The notes under the pieces: model-generated | Seen by the model: only the letters and a program-made list of their open reading frames with translations | What the model was told of the DNA's origin: nothing | The model's database searches: none | Shown: piece by piece, positions 39,855 through 48,816 of the stretch | Layout: every line of letters begins with the position of its first letter | How positions within the stretch are numbered: the first letter of the stretch is position 1 | Position numbers and translations under genes: made by a program | DNA from: an uncultured virus (IMG/VR IMGVR_UViG_3300035180_002914) | Taxonomy: Duplodnaviria; Heunggongvirae; Uroviricota; Caudoviricetes | Direction: 5' to 3' (one strand) | DNA: 64,000 nt | IMG/VR virus record: IMGVR_UViG_3300035180_002914

Positions 39855-40259
39855 ATGAAACTTTTCAAAGTATTGAAAAACAAAATAATCGTTCACGAAG
39901 GAAGAAGATATGACTTTAAAAAAGATTCTCTAGTCGAAGAATCTGTTATTACTAGAATCTATAAAGACAATTTCTTTTGTGTTGGCGAGAAAATTTATAT
40001 TCAAGCTCCTTTTTCTGAACCAAAGGTTATAATTTCTGAAACAGAAGTTGCTACTTCTGAACAAGAAGTTGTTTCTAAACCAGAAACTATAATTTCAGAA
40101 CCAGAAACTGCTACTTCTGAACAAGAAGTTGTTTCTAAACCAGAAACTATAATTTCAGAACCAGAAGTCGTAATTAATGAAATAAATAATAACGACGAAA
40201 GGAGTGAAATTGGAGAACAAAAACAATCAGGAAACTCAAAAATCAAAAAAGGTAATTGA
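39855..40259 (+). CDS. Hypothetical protein with a 20-aa internal repeat
   Basis: 60-bp direct repeat at ~40029-40167 (ATSEQEVVSKPETIISEPE twice). Confidence 0.65.
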   Translation: MKLFKVLKNKIIVHEGRRYDFKKDSLVEESVITRIYKDNFFCVGEKIYIQAPFSEPKVIISETEVATSEQEVVSKPETIISEPETATSEQEVVSKPETIISEPEVVINEINNNDERSEIGEQKQSGNSKIKKGN

Positions 40260-40377
40260 GTACGATATGAGCGAAAGTGTTACTATTGAGGAAGCTTTCG
40301 GAAAACCAACTAACAACGAAATTAATACAAAATGTCCTCTATGTTTAGAGGGGTTTAAAGAGGAGAAAAATGTATAA
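40210..40377 (+). CDS. Small hypothetical protein (55 aa, CPLC motif)
   Basis: AGGAG RBS plus TTG start; fills the gap between neighbours. Confidence 0.4.
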   Translation: MENKNNQETQKSKKVIEYDMSESVTIEEAFGKPTNNEINTKCPLCLEGFKEEKNV

Positions 40378-40669
40378 GGCGCTAGTAGATAGAGTCATTT
40401 CGATTGGTCACATTTCACAAGAAATAAAAGCTGGAGAACTTTATGTTAAGTCTCCATTTACAGAGGTTTTTTCAAGTTTTTTCGAGAAAGTAGAAGGTTT
40501 TGTTGAAACGGCTGAAACAAAAGTAGAAGAAGCTGTTAAAGAAATAAAAGAAACCGTTACTGAAAAATTTGTAGAAAATGACGAAGAAATTCTTAAAGAC
40601 GAATCTTCTGATATTACTGTTACTGAAGAAGCTGTCGAAGAAACAAAAGGTAGAAAAGGTAGAAAATAA
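40370..40669 (+). CDS. Hypothetical acidic protein
   Basis: GAGGAG RBS; coupled to gp13 by TAATG. Confidence 0.7.
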   Translation: MYKALVDRVISIGHISQEIKAGELYVKSPFTEVFSSFFEKVEGFVETAETKVEEAVKEIKETVTEKFVENDEEILKDESSDITVTEEAVEETKGRKGRK

Positions 40670-41418
40670 TGGCATTTTCAAAAATACAATCGGAAGTAGA
40701 TCTTAAAAAATATATCAAAAGAAAACTTGGTGATGGTATAATATCTGTTGAGTTAACTGAATCTCAACTTTCCGATTGTATTAATGAAGCTATAAACAAA
40801 TTCACCACTTTTGCTTATGAGGGATACACAGAAGATGTGTATCTCCTTCCTGTTCAACAAGGAGTTAGAAAGTATAAACTTCCTGACAAAACACTAGCCT
40901 TGCTTAATATCTATGTCGGTAACGCTTCTATGTTCACTATGCCAGATAGAACTGTTATTCAATCAGATTTTGTGTTTCAAATGTTCGGTTTCAATCCTCA
41001 GGGACAATCGTACCAAATAGATATTACTCAAGTCTACTCTATGATGGCTCAATATGAACATATTATGAGATTTTTCAGAAGATGTCCAAACTATTCTTGG
41101 AATTCCTTTAATAAAGAAATAAATTTCCTAGAAGATGTTTATAGTCAAGGTTATCCAAATATACTTTTACATCTAGCTTTACAGTATACTCCTGGAGATA
41201 TAGACGACATTTATAATCATACTTGGGTAAAAAATTATGCACATAATCTTGCTCTATTACAACAAGGAACAAATCTAGGTAAATACGATGCAAGTTTGGT
41301 TTCCGGCTCTAAAATAGAATACAATAGAATGATATCTGATGCTAAAGAAGCGCTAAGTAAGCTTGATGAAGATCTAACTAAACTTTACGGCTGTCCAACA
41401 GGTATAACGGTGGTATAA
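40669..41418 (+). CDS. gp13: Neck protein
   Basis: LKKYIKRKLG...VELTESQL.DCI, YNHTWVKNYA..L..QQGTNLGKY. Confidence 0.9.
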   Translation: MAFSKIQSEVDLKKYIKRKLGDGIISVELTESQLSDCINEAINKFTTFAYEGYTEDVYLLPVQQGVRKYKLPDKTLALLNIYVGNASMFTMPDRTVIQSDFVFQMFGFNPQGQSYQIDITQVYSMMAQYEHIMRFFRRCPNYSWNSFNKEINFLEDVYSQGYPNILLHLALQYTPGDIDDIYNHTWVKNYAHNLALLQQGTNLGKYDASLVSGSKIEYNRMISDAKEALSKLDEDLTKLYGCPTGITVV

Positions 41419-41586
41419 ATGAAAGTGTCTGAATTTTTATTACTTCAAGAAGAAACTGTTTCTGGTGATGTAGTTAATCCAGGAGATCCATCTAAGAAAG
41501 ACCAAAAGAAAAAACCAAAATTGTTTAAAAGAAACAAAGACAAAGAAATTGAAGAAGAAACTGAAGAAATAACAAAAGAAAAATAA
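41419..41586 (+). CDS. Small highly charged protein (55 aa)
   Basis: MKVSEFLLLQEETVSGDV...TKEK* immediately after gp13. Confidence 0.55.
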   Translation: MKVSEFLLLQEETVSGDVVNPGDPSKKDQKKKPKLFKRNKDKEIEEETEEITKEK

Positions 41587-41604
41587 AAGGAAGAAATATT
41601 CCCT

Positions 41605-41802
41605 TTATTGTTGTGTCGAGTTGCTTTCTGATACTACTTTATTTAGATGAGAAGCTGTTTCTGTTTGAACAGTAGCAGATTGTGTTTTTAAGAATACTTG
41701 AATACCTGCTACAGCAACAACACCTACTAATACAAGTAGAAGTGCTACTACAACATCACTAATTCCTTTCTGAGATTTGATTTTTTTAAAAAATTTGTTC
41801 GT
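41605..41802 (-). CDS. Pilin-like protein with class III signal peptide (65 aa, ACG at the start position)
   Basis: AAAGGAG RBS, then ACG-NKFFKKIKSQKG|ISDVVVALLLVLVGVVAVAGIQVFLK...QQ*. Confidence 0.6.
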   Translation of the reverse strand, partial: TNKFFKKIKSQKGISDVVVALLLVLVGVVAVAGIQVFLKTQSATVQTETASHLNKVVSESNSTQQ

Positions 41803-41835
41803 ATAAACTCCTTTATAAGAGATTTTCTAAAAAAG

Positions 41836-41866
41836 AAATGAGGAGAGATAATTCTCCTCATTTTTA
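41836..41866 (-). terminator. Terminator of the tail tube gene
   Basis: AAATGAGGAGA...TCTCCTCATTT hairpin with flanking T/A runs. Confidence 0.7.
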
Positions 41867-42373
41867 TTAAAGCGTTCTTACGTAGTCTGAGTAGCAGAAA
41901 GTTACCTGAAGCTCAATAATTTCTTCACCTTCTTCTGAAGTGAATTCAATTTCACCAACAGTTTTTACCCAAACATTTTTAAATTCCCATTTTGCTTTTT
42001 CAGTGTCATCACCTGCAAGCTGAACAAGAGTCATACCTGTAATCATATAATCTGCGTGGCTATTTGTGGCTATGTTAGTGGTATATGAGTCAGTTTTTTC
42101 TATAATCGTTTCAAACGCTTTTCTTAATGTATGAGCATCATCAGAAAGGAATGTACAAGTTAATTCGCCATCGAATTTTCTGTGTCCTCTGATTTTTAGT
42201 TTTCTTCCTTTTGAAAATACTTCTGTTTCAGCAATTTCTATATTAGGAAGTTTCGCAGTCTTAACGAGCAAGTCTGCTTTGTCAGCACCTTCAAGAGGAA
42301 GTATTAATTTAAATCTATACTTCTTTGCACCTATACCAAGTGTGGTCTTTAGATTTTCTATATCATAAGCCAT
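41867..42373 (-). CDS. gp19: Tail tube protein
   Basis: KTAKLP...GRKLKIRG.RKFD...LRKAFE...NVWVKTVGEIEF...VTFCYSDY. Confidence 0.88.
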   Translation of the reverse strand: MAYDIENLKTTLGIGAKKYRFKLILPLEGADKADLLVKTAKLPNIEIAETEVFSKGRKLKIRGHRKFDGELTCTFLSDDAHTLRKAFETIIEKTDSYTTNIATNSHADYMITGMTLVQLAGDDTEKAKWEFKNVWVKTVGEIEFTSEEGEEIIELQVTFCYSDYVRTL

Positions 42374-42385
42374 TTTTTATCTCCA

Positions 42386-42419
42386 AATAAATAATTTCGG
42401 TTCACAATATTTATTTGAG
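42386..42419. promoter_or_regulatory. Overlapping face-to-face late promoters for gp19 (-) and the baseplate operon (+)
   Basis: CAAATAAATA...TATTTATTTG inverted pair in the 52-bp intergenic gap. Confidence 0.6.
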
Positions 42420-42425
42420 GTAAAA

Positions 42426-42956
42426 ATGGCTAAAAATCCACTCGATAGTTTTTTATATAGATTTTCTTTCAAAAATAATTTTTCGATCGATATAATTCTA
42501 CCTAGAGAGAAAAAATTAAAATCTGTAGGTTTAACTCCTGGAAGTAAAATAACTATACCAGGCGTAAAAACTTTCAATTTGGACGCTATAACTGCATCAT
42601 TAGCGACTGAATATCAATCTGGATTTTTTAACTTTTGTTATGTTAGCCAAAAAGAAGTACAGCTTTCTTTCGAACTTTATGAAATGGAAGGAAATACCTA
42701 TCATACAATGTTCGCTTCAATTCTTAAATGTTTATATGACTCTTATCCAGACGATTCTTTTTTCCAGATAAAAGTTTATAAGTATGCCGATTGGGGCGAT
42801 AGAGACGATGTAGAAGTGATTTATGATTTAAGCTACTGTTGGTTGACGAATGTTTCTACTTTGACCTTTGAAGCATCTTCAAACGATGTCCAAACTGTTA
42901 CTGTACAGTTTGTTACTGACCCTAAATGTATTACTATCAATAGGACAAATAAATAA
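42426..42956 (+). CDS. Tail-tube-fold protein (gp54/gp19-like)
   Basis: LSFELYE, CWLTNVSTLTF...VQTVTVQF tube-fold C-terminus; synteny. Confidence 0.55.
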   Translation: MAKNPLDSFLYRFSFKNNFSIDIILPREKKLKSVGLTPGSKITIPGVKTFNLDAITASLATEYQSGFFNFCYVSQKEVQLSFELYEMEGNTYHTMFASILKCLYDSYPDDSFFQIKVYKYADWGDRDDVEVIYDLSYCWLTNVSTLTFEASSNDVQTVTVQFVTDPKCITINRTNK

Positions 42957-42983
42957 TCTTGAAACTTAACTTAAAGGACAAAT

Positions 42984-43706
42984 ATGAAACTAAAAAATTC
43001 TGAATCGTTTTTCCCGATAGAAATAGGCAATAGAGCTTTCTTCTTTAAAAGGTGGACAACTAAAAATGAAAAGAACTACCTTCTTGCGAAAATGCAGATA
43101 CAAGAAGGTGCTAAAGAATCAGAATATATGGAAGCTTTATATGAAAGTCTTATCTATTCTAACTGTGAAACTCCTGAAGAAGTGGAAAAGCTTTCTGACG
43201 CAGAAAAGGAATATATTCTTGTACAACTAAGAAAAGCTTCAATAGGTGACAAATTTAATGTGAAATATGTTTGTCCTCATTGTAATAAAAGAAATAGCCA
43301 AGAACTTTCAATTTCAAAAGTTATAACATTTAAACCTTCGAGTTTTGGAACAATAAAAAAAGTTATTGAGGGTGAAGAAGTTGAAATAGAATTTTTTGAC
43401 AACAATAATCCTGAAGCAAGAAAAATAGTAAGAGAAGAAGAAAATATCGTAGAAAAAGTCATTAAAGAATTTGCTCTAGCTATTAAAAAAGTAAGAATAG
43501 GCGATGAAGTTTTCGAAGCATTCGGAATAGAAGAAGTAAATGAATTCATTGAAAGTCTTCCTGTTTCAGATTTTGACGATCTCATTTCTCAATATAAAGA
43601 AATGAAGGCTTCAACTACAACTAATACTGTTAAAGTGAAATGTAAATACTGTAAAGAAGAGACTGAAATCTCTCTAGGAGATTCACCAGATTTTTTGCCG
43701 TGGTAG
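42984..43706 (+). CDS. gp26: Baseplate hub assembly protein
   Basis: WTTKNEK, EYILVQLRKASIG, two CxxC pairs, EFIESL. Confidence 0.85.
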   Translation: MKLKNSESFFPIEIGNRAFFFKRWTTKNEKNYLLAKMQIQEGAKESEYMEALYESLIYSNCETPEEVEKLSDAEKEYILVQLRKASIGDKFNVKYVCPHCNKRNSQELSISKVITFKPSSFGTIKKVIEGEEVEIEFFDNNNPEARKIVREEENIVEKVIKEFALAIKKVRIGDEVFEAFGIEEVNEFIESLPVSDFDDLISQYKEMKASTTTNTVKVKCKYCKEETEISLGDSPDFLPW

Positions 43707-43885
43707 CAATAGACCTCACTTTAGAGGACTACTACAAATTTGTTACTTCAATGAAAATACACGGAAAATTTTCTGTGGAAGAAATTGACAATATGTATCC
43801 TTTTGAGAGAGAGGTCTATGGAAATTTAGTTTCCGAGGAAATAAAAAAATTAAGAGAATCAATGATTTTTGATGAATCATTGTAA
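43700..43885 (+). CDS. gp51-like hub assembly peptide, probably translated by -1 frameshift from gp26
   Basis: YYK...FSVEEIDNMYPFEREVY; -1 frame relative to gp26 with a slippery heptamer at 43691-43697. Confidence 0.75.
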   Translation: MVAIDLTLEDYYKFVTSMKIHGKFSVEEIDNMYPFEREVYGNLVSEEIKKLRESMIFDESL

Positions 43886-43893
43886 GGTTTAAA

Positions 43894-46800
43894 ATGGCTG
43901 AAACAACTGATTTTAATAAAGAACTAGAAAGGTTAAAAAAAGAACTAGAAGGCATTTCAGAATCAATTGATGAGGTAAAAGATAATTCATTTGATGACAA
44001 AACTAGGAATGCAGTCGATGTTATTAGAAAATCAGTTGATGAGATAAGTTCAAAAGTAAAGAATGGATTATTTGATCCGAATAATGTAGAAGAAGTTCTT
44101 AAAGCTATCAAAGAAGTAAAAGGCTTAAAAAAGAAATTAGATTTTCTAGGCGCTAAACTCGATAATATGGAATCGGGTTTGAGTGCCTTAAACAAAGCTG
44201 TTGAAAAAAGTCGTGTTTCTCTTTCCCAAGCTTTCAGAACAAGCCTAGCCGATAAACTTTCAAAATTATCTAAAAATTCTAACGGTCAATTTGCCAAAAT
44301 CATTACTATGGTGAGTGAAGAGCAAATGATTGCTAGAAAAGAAAGAATTGCTCTTCAACAAATACAAGAATCAGGCTTTAGTAACCAATATAAAAAATTC
44401 GCTTCAGAAATTGTTGACTTAAAGTCAGACTTTTCAATAAAACTTCAACAAAATAGAAAAACCTTTGGAAATATAGTAAAAACTTCATTCTCAGATTTTC
44501 AAAGTAAAGGCATTCTTGGTGTTGCCTATGAGATGAAGAAAAATTATGAAATCTTCGGAAAGAAACAACAGGTTGATATAGAAGGCTTAAGAAAAGACCT
44601 TAAAACACAAAAAGACGAATATCAAAAATCATTAGATCAACAACTTGCGAGAATCGATATTCTACTTGCAGGCGCTTCAGAAGAAGAAAAAAGGGAACTT
44701 GAAGAACAGAAAGCTCAAATACTAAAAGAACAAGAGGTTTTTCAAAACCAATATAAAGAAAATCTTGTAGAAGCTCTCGTTAGCAAGGAAAAAGCTAACT
44801 ACAGTCTCTTCAGAAAACTCTCTATGAATAGAGAAGATGAAGAAAGGCTTAGAAATAAGATTGAAGATCAAGTTAAACTAGATGAAGAAATCGATTCTAT
44901 AAAAAAACAAATTGTAGAAAAAAGAAAAGATCCTGTTCTTAAAGAAATTGAAGAAAGTAGAGATACAGTAGTAGATAGACTAAATGAAATTTCAGGAGAC
45001 GCTGAAGCTGCGGCTGCCGAAAGAGAAAAAAGAGAAGAAGAAAAGAAAAAAGCCGAAAAAGAACTTGCTAAGTTAGAAGAAAAGCTTCGTGAGCTAGAAA
45101 CGAAGAAAGAAGGAAACGAAAAAGATTTAGCGAAAAAAGAAATGAAACTACCGTCTTTTATGACGGGAATAAAAAATAACAACAATGAAAATAGTCCAAG
45201 AGGAGTTCGTGGAATAGTTGAAGCCACTTCAGCCGGAGTGATAGGTCTTCTTGGTGGTTTTTTCAGATCGCAAAGAGTAGAAAATACATTAAATAATACT
45301 TCAGAGTCTAGAGAACAAGCTTCAAATTCTAATACTGAAATAGGCAGGTCAACAACATCTTCTACAGCTAGACCAAGAGTTGAAACAGACAGACCAGAAA
45401 CTGAAACAAGCAGACCTAGAACTAGAACACGTAGACAAAGAACGGAAACTAATAGTCCAGAAACAGACAGACCAGAAACTGAAACAAGCAGACCTAGAAC
45501 TAGAACACGTAGACAAAGAACAGAAACTAATAGACAAAGAGCTAGAGAAAGTAGACAAAGAGCTAGAGAAAACAGACAAAGTGTTAGAGCTGAAATAGTT
45601 AGAATAAGATCTGGAATAGTTAGACCAACACCATCTTTTATTACTAGGTCAATAGTAGAAACAAACAGGCCGTCAACTGAAACTGTTTTACCAGTACAGT
45701 CTTCTACTGTTTTACCAGTACAGTCTTCTACTGTTAGACCATCTTCTACTGTTTTACCAGTACAGTCTTCTATAGCTAGACCAGTACAGTCTTCTACTGT
45801 TTTACCAGTACAGTCTTCTATAGCTAGACCAGTACAGTCTTCTACTGTTTTACCAGTACAGTCTTCTACTGTTAGACCAGTACAGTCTTCTATGGCTAGA
45901 CCGTCTTCTACTGTTAGACCAGTACAGTCTTCTACTACTAGACCGACAACTGAAACTGTTTTACCAGTACAGTCTTCTACTGTTAGACCAGTACAGTCTT
46001 CTACTACTAGACCGACAACTGAAACTGTTTTACCAGTACAGTCTTCTATGGCTAGACCGTCTTCTACTGTTAGACCAGTACAGTCTTCTACTGTTTTACC
46101 AGTACAGTCTTCTATGGCTAGACCGTCTTCTACTGTTTTACCAGTACAGTCTTCTACTATTAGACCATCTTCTACTGTTTTACCAGTACAGTCTTCTACT
46201 GTTAGACCAGTACAGTCTTCTACTGTTTTACCAGTACAACATTTTATTACTAAACCGGCTGTTGAAATAACTAAATCAATGGCTGAAATAACCAAACAGT
46301 CTTTCGAAGTAGCTAGACCAACACAACATTTTATGACTTTGCCAAGGGCTGAAGTAGATAAATCGAACAACACCAAAGTTCATAAAGTTGCTGGCCATTC
46401 TACTGGAATAGTTAATGCAGTTAGAGGTTTTTTCAAACCAAAAAAAGGCGAAAAAACACAAAACACTGATTCTGAATCTAAAGGACAAAATTCAAATCCT
46501 AAAGTCGAATCAGAAAAATCAACACAGCCAACACAGCCGACCTTTATGTCTGGTTCAAAGGCTGAGGTAGATAAATCTGGTAATTTTAAAACTCACGAAG
46601 TAGCAGGTTATTCTAAAGGAATATTGGGTGCAGTTGGAGGTTTAATTGGCGCAGTTGGAGGTCTTTTCGGTTCTAAAAGACGTGGCGGAAAAGAAGACGA
46701 AAAAGAAGGTCAAAAAGAGGATAAAAAAGAGAAAAAAGGTTTATTTGGTGGTTTATTTAATAAGAAAGTTCCTAAAAAATCAGTAAAAGAAGCTCCAAAA

Positions 46801-48810
46801 CCCAAAGGCGGTCTATTTTCAAATTTATTTAAGGCTGAAACAGATAAGAGTAAAAACTTTAAAACTCACGGAATGGATAAATGGAAAAAAGGTATTCTAG
46901 GACTTCTTAAAGGTCTTTTAAAAGGTCTTCTCTGGATGGCTAAGGGTCTTTTCAAAGTAGTCAAGAAATTCGGTTCATTCTTAAGAAAATCTTTATCTGC
47001 TGCAAGAAGAGGACTTACTAAAGTAGCTAAGAAAATCGGCTCATTCGCAAAAAATGCTGTTTCAAAAGGAAAAGCAGGTCTTTCAAAAGTAGCTAATAAA
47101 ACTGGTTCACTAGTAAAAAATATCGCAGATAAAGGTAAGGCCGGTCTTTCTTCAACTTGGAAATTTATTAAAAAGCTAGGTTCTCCGAAAGTTGCAGGTC
47201 CATTAGCTGGTATTATGGGCGGTATCGACAGATTTTTAGAAGTAAAAGATGATAAGAATCTTAATAGAGGACAAAAAACAGCTAAAATAGGAGCTTCCGC
47301 TATTGGAGCAGCTGGTGGCGCGGCTTTAGGTTCTCTTTTTGGTCCGATAGGAACAATGGTTGGAGGTTATCTAGGTAAAAAACTAGGTGATAGTGTTGGA
47401 GATTGGCTTTCAGACAAGATGTCTGACCCAAATTCAACGCTTACGAAAACTTTTACTGCGATAGGCGATGCCTTTGTTTGGATTTGGAACAAAGTGCAAG
47501 AAGTTCCAAAAGTATTAATAGATGTAATAACATCACCATTTACTTGGATTCAAAAAGGTATATCTGCGATAGGCGCAGGTATTAAAAAAGTTTGGAACTT
47601 TATTAAAACTGTTGGCACTACTATACAAAGTTTAACAAAACTTCTTTTAGAAGCTCCAGGAAAATTTATTAAGACAGTTGCAGACTTTGTCACTTCACTT
47701 CCAGGAAAATTATTTGATTCTATAACTTCTATCCCTCTTCCAGGATGGGTTTCAAAATTAACAAATTCTAATACTGTTGGCGAGTTATTTTCTTCTGGAG
47801 CAAATGTTGTATCAAACACAGCAAGTAAAGTAGGAAACTTTGTTTCTTCTACAGCAAGTGCCGCAGGAAACTTCATTTCTTCTACAGCAGGCAAAGTAGG
47901 AAATTTTGTTTCTTCTGCCGCAAGCAAAGTAGGAAATACAGTATCTTCTGTTGCTAGTTCAATTGGCTCAGGTATTAGTGGAGCAATCGACAAAATAAAA
48001 AGTGGTTTAGGTTTCAAAAAACAATCTGGCGTAGATTTGGATAATGTAAATCCAGCTTTCTTTAAAAACTTTCAAGGAATGGCAGCTGATTTTAAAAAAG
48101 CAACAGGAAGAGATATTCAAGTAAACTCTGGATATAGGGATTCAGTAAAACAAGCACAATTATACGCCGAGAATGTTAAACAGTATCCGCCGAAAGGTAA
48201 TGGTAAAGTGGCGCCTCCAGGAAGATCCGCTCACGAAAAGGGTCTTGCTATGGACATAAACTCCAATGATGCTAATGAAGCTGATAGGCTCGGTCTTCTA
48301 GCTAAATGGGGAATAGATAGACCATTACTTCACAGTCCTAGATTACCTGAAGCGTGGCACATTCAACCTGCGGGAGTTAATGCTAAAGCTGCTCCTCCTT
48401 TGAAACCTGTACCACCAATTAAAGTAAGCAGTGGCGGAGGAAGTTCTTCTGATCCAAATCCTAGACAAGTTGAAAGTGTAAACAGACCAAATGTTAAAAA
48501 TCCGTCAGAAGGCGCTAAGAAAAGTGCTTCGGTGACTCCTTCATCTAGTTCTCCAAGCACACCTAAAGCTCCTGCGACACCAGCAACAGTTACTCCTGTA
48601 GGTTCAACTAGCAGCGCTGTTAATAAAATTGGAGAAGCCGGAAAAATGGCAATAAATAAACCAAATCAAGAAGCGCAACAACAAAGTAATCTTGCTATGA
48701 CTAATCCAGCAAGCAAAGATCTATCAAAGGTAACAACTACCAATATAAGTCTTCACGATTTTGAAGCTGACAGAATGGGATTATTGACACAATTTTTCAT
48801 AAAAGGATAA
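43894..48810 (+). CDS. Tape-measure/baseplate hub (gp29-like) protein with C-terminal M15-family peptidase
   Basis: Coiled-coil N-terminus, S/T-rich repeats, Gly-rich amphipathic repeats, NSGYR..Q...PGRSAHEKGLAMDI...EAWH. Confidence 0.8.
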   Translation: MAETTDFNKELERLKKELEGISESIDEVKDNSFDDKTRNAVDVIRKSVDEISSKVKNGLFDPNNVEEVLKAIKEVKGLKKKLDFLGAKLDNMESGLSALNKAVEKSRVSLSQAFRTSLADKLSKLSKNSNGQFAKIITMVSEEQMIARKERIALQQIQESGFSNQYKKFASEIVDLKSDFSIKLQQNRKTFGNIVKTSFSDFQSKGILGVAYEMKKNYEIFGKKQQVDIEGLRKDLKTQKDEYQKSLDQQLARIDILLAGASEEEKRELEEQKAQILKEQEVFQNQYKENLVEALVSKEKANYSLFRKLSMNREDEERLRNKIEDQVKLDEEIDSIKKQIVEKRKDPVLKEIEESRDTVVDRLNEISGDAEAAAAEREKREEEKKKAEKELAKLEEKLRELETKKEGNEKDLAKKEMKLPSFMTGIKNNNNENSPRGVRGIVEATSAGVIGLLGGFFRSQRVENTLNNTSESREQASNSNTEIGRSTTSSTARPRVETDRPETETSRPRTRTRRQRTETNSPETDRPETETSRPRTRTRRQRTETNRQRARESRQRARENRQSVRAEIVRIRSGIVRPTPSFITRSIVETNRPSTETVLPVQSSTVLPVQSSTVRPSSTVLPVQSSIARPVQSSTVLPVQSSIARPVQSSTVLPVQSSTVRPVQSSMARPSSTVRPVQSSTTRPTTETVLPVQSSTVRPVQSSTTRPTTETVLPVQSSMARPSSTVRPVQSSTVLPVQSSMARPSSTVLPVQSSTIRPSSTVLPVQSSTVRPVQSSTVLPVQHFITKPAVEITKSMAEITKQSFEVARPTQHFMTLPRAEVDKSNNTKVHKVAGHSTGIVNAVRGFFKPKKGEKTQNTDSESKGQNSNPKVESEKSTQPTQPTFMSGSKAEVDKSGNFKTHEVAGYSKGILGAVGGLIGAVGGLFGSKRRGGKEDEKEGQKEDKKEKKGLFGGLFNKKVPKKSVKEAPKPKGGLFSNLFKAETDKSKNFKTHGMDKWKKGILGLLKGLLKGLLWMAKGLFKVVKKFGSFLRKSLSAARRGLTKVAKKIGSFAKNAVSKGKAGLSKVANKTGSLVKNIADKGKAGLSSTWKFIKKLGSPKVAGPLAGIMGGIDRFLEVKDDKNLNRGQKTAKIGASAIGAAGGAALGSLFGPIGTMVGGYLGKKLGDSVGDWLSDKMSDPNSTLTKTFTAIGDAFVWIWNKVQEVPKVLIDVITSPFTWIQKGISAIGAGIKKVWNFIKTVGTTIQSLTKLLLEAPGKFIKTVADFVTSLPGKLFDSITSIPLPGWVSKLTNSNTVGELFSSGANVVSNTASKVGNFVSSTASAAGNFISSTAGKVGNFVSSAASKVGNTVSSVASSIGSGISGAIDKIKSGLGFKKQSGVDLDNVNPAFFKNFQGMAADFKKATGRDIQVNSGYRDSVKQAQLYAENVKQYPPKGNGKVAPPGRSAHEKGLAMDINSNDANEADRLGLLAKWGIDRPLLHSPRLPEAWHIQPAGVNAKAAPPLKPVPPIKVSSGGGSSSDPNPRQVESVNRPNVKNPSEGAKKSASVTPSSSSPSTPKAPATPATVTPVGSTSSAVNKIGEAGKMAINKPNQEAQQQSNLAMTNPASKDLSKVTTTNISLHDFEADRMGLLTQFFIKG
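45378..45530 (+). repeat. Direct repeat encoding ETDRPETETSRPRTRTRRQRTETN twice
   Basis: Near-identical DNA copies. Confidence 0.85.
45678..46238 (+). repeat. Minisatellite of 24-bp units with shorter variants (PVQSSTVL/R)
   Basis: CCAGTACAGTCTTCTACTGTT(TTA/AGA) repeated roughly 20 times with variants. Confidence 0.9.
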
Positions 48811-48816
48811 ATTTGA

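Noticed and set aside
42397..42404. CGGTTCAC matching the right-end terminus
   Set aside because: Only 8 nt with no subterminal hairpin; likely chance.
45678..46238. CRISPR array
   Set aside because: In-frame coding tandem repeats without unique spacers; no cas genes.
44868..46376. 502-aa antisense ORF (VEDCTG repeats)
   Set aside because: Shadow of the stop-free minisatellite and codon bias of the tape-measure gene; no independent signals.
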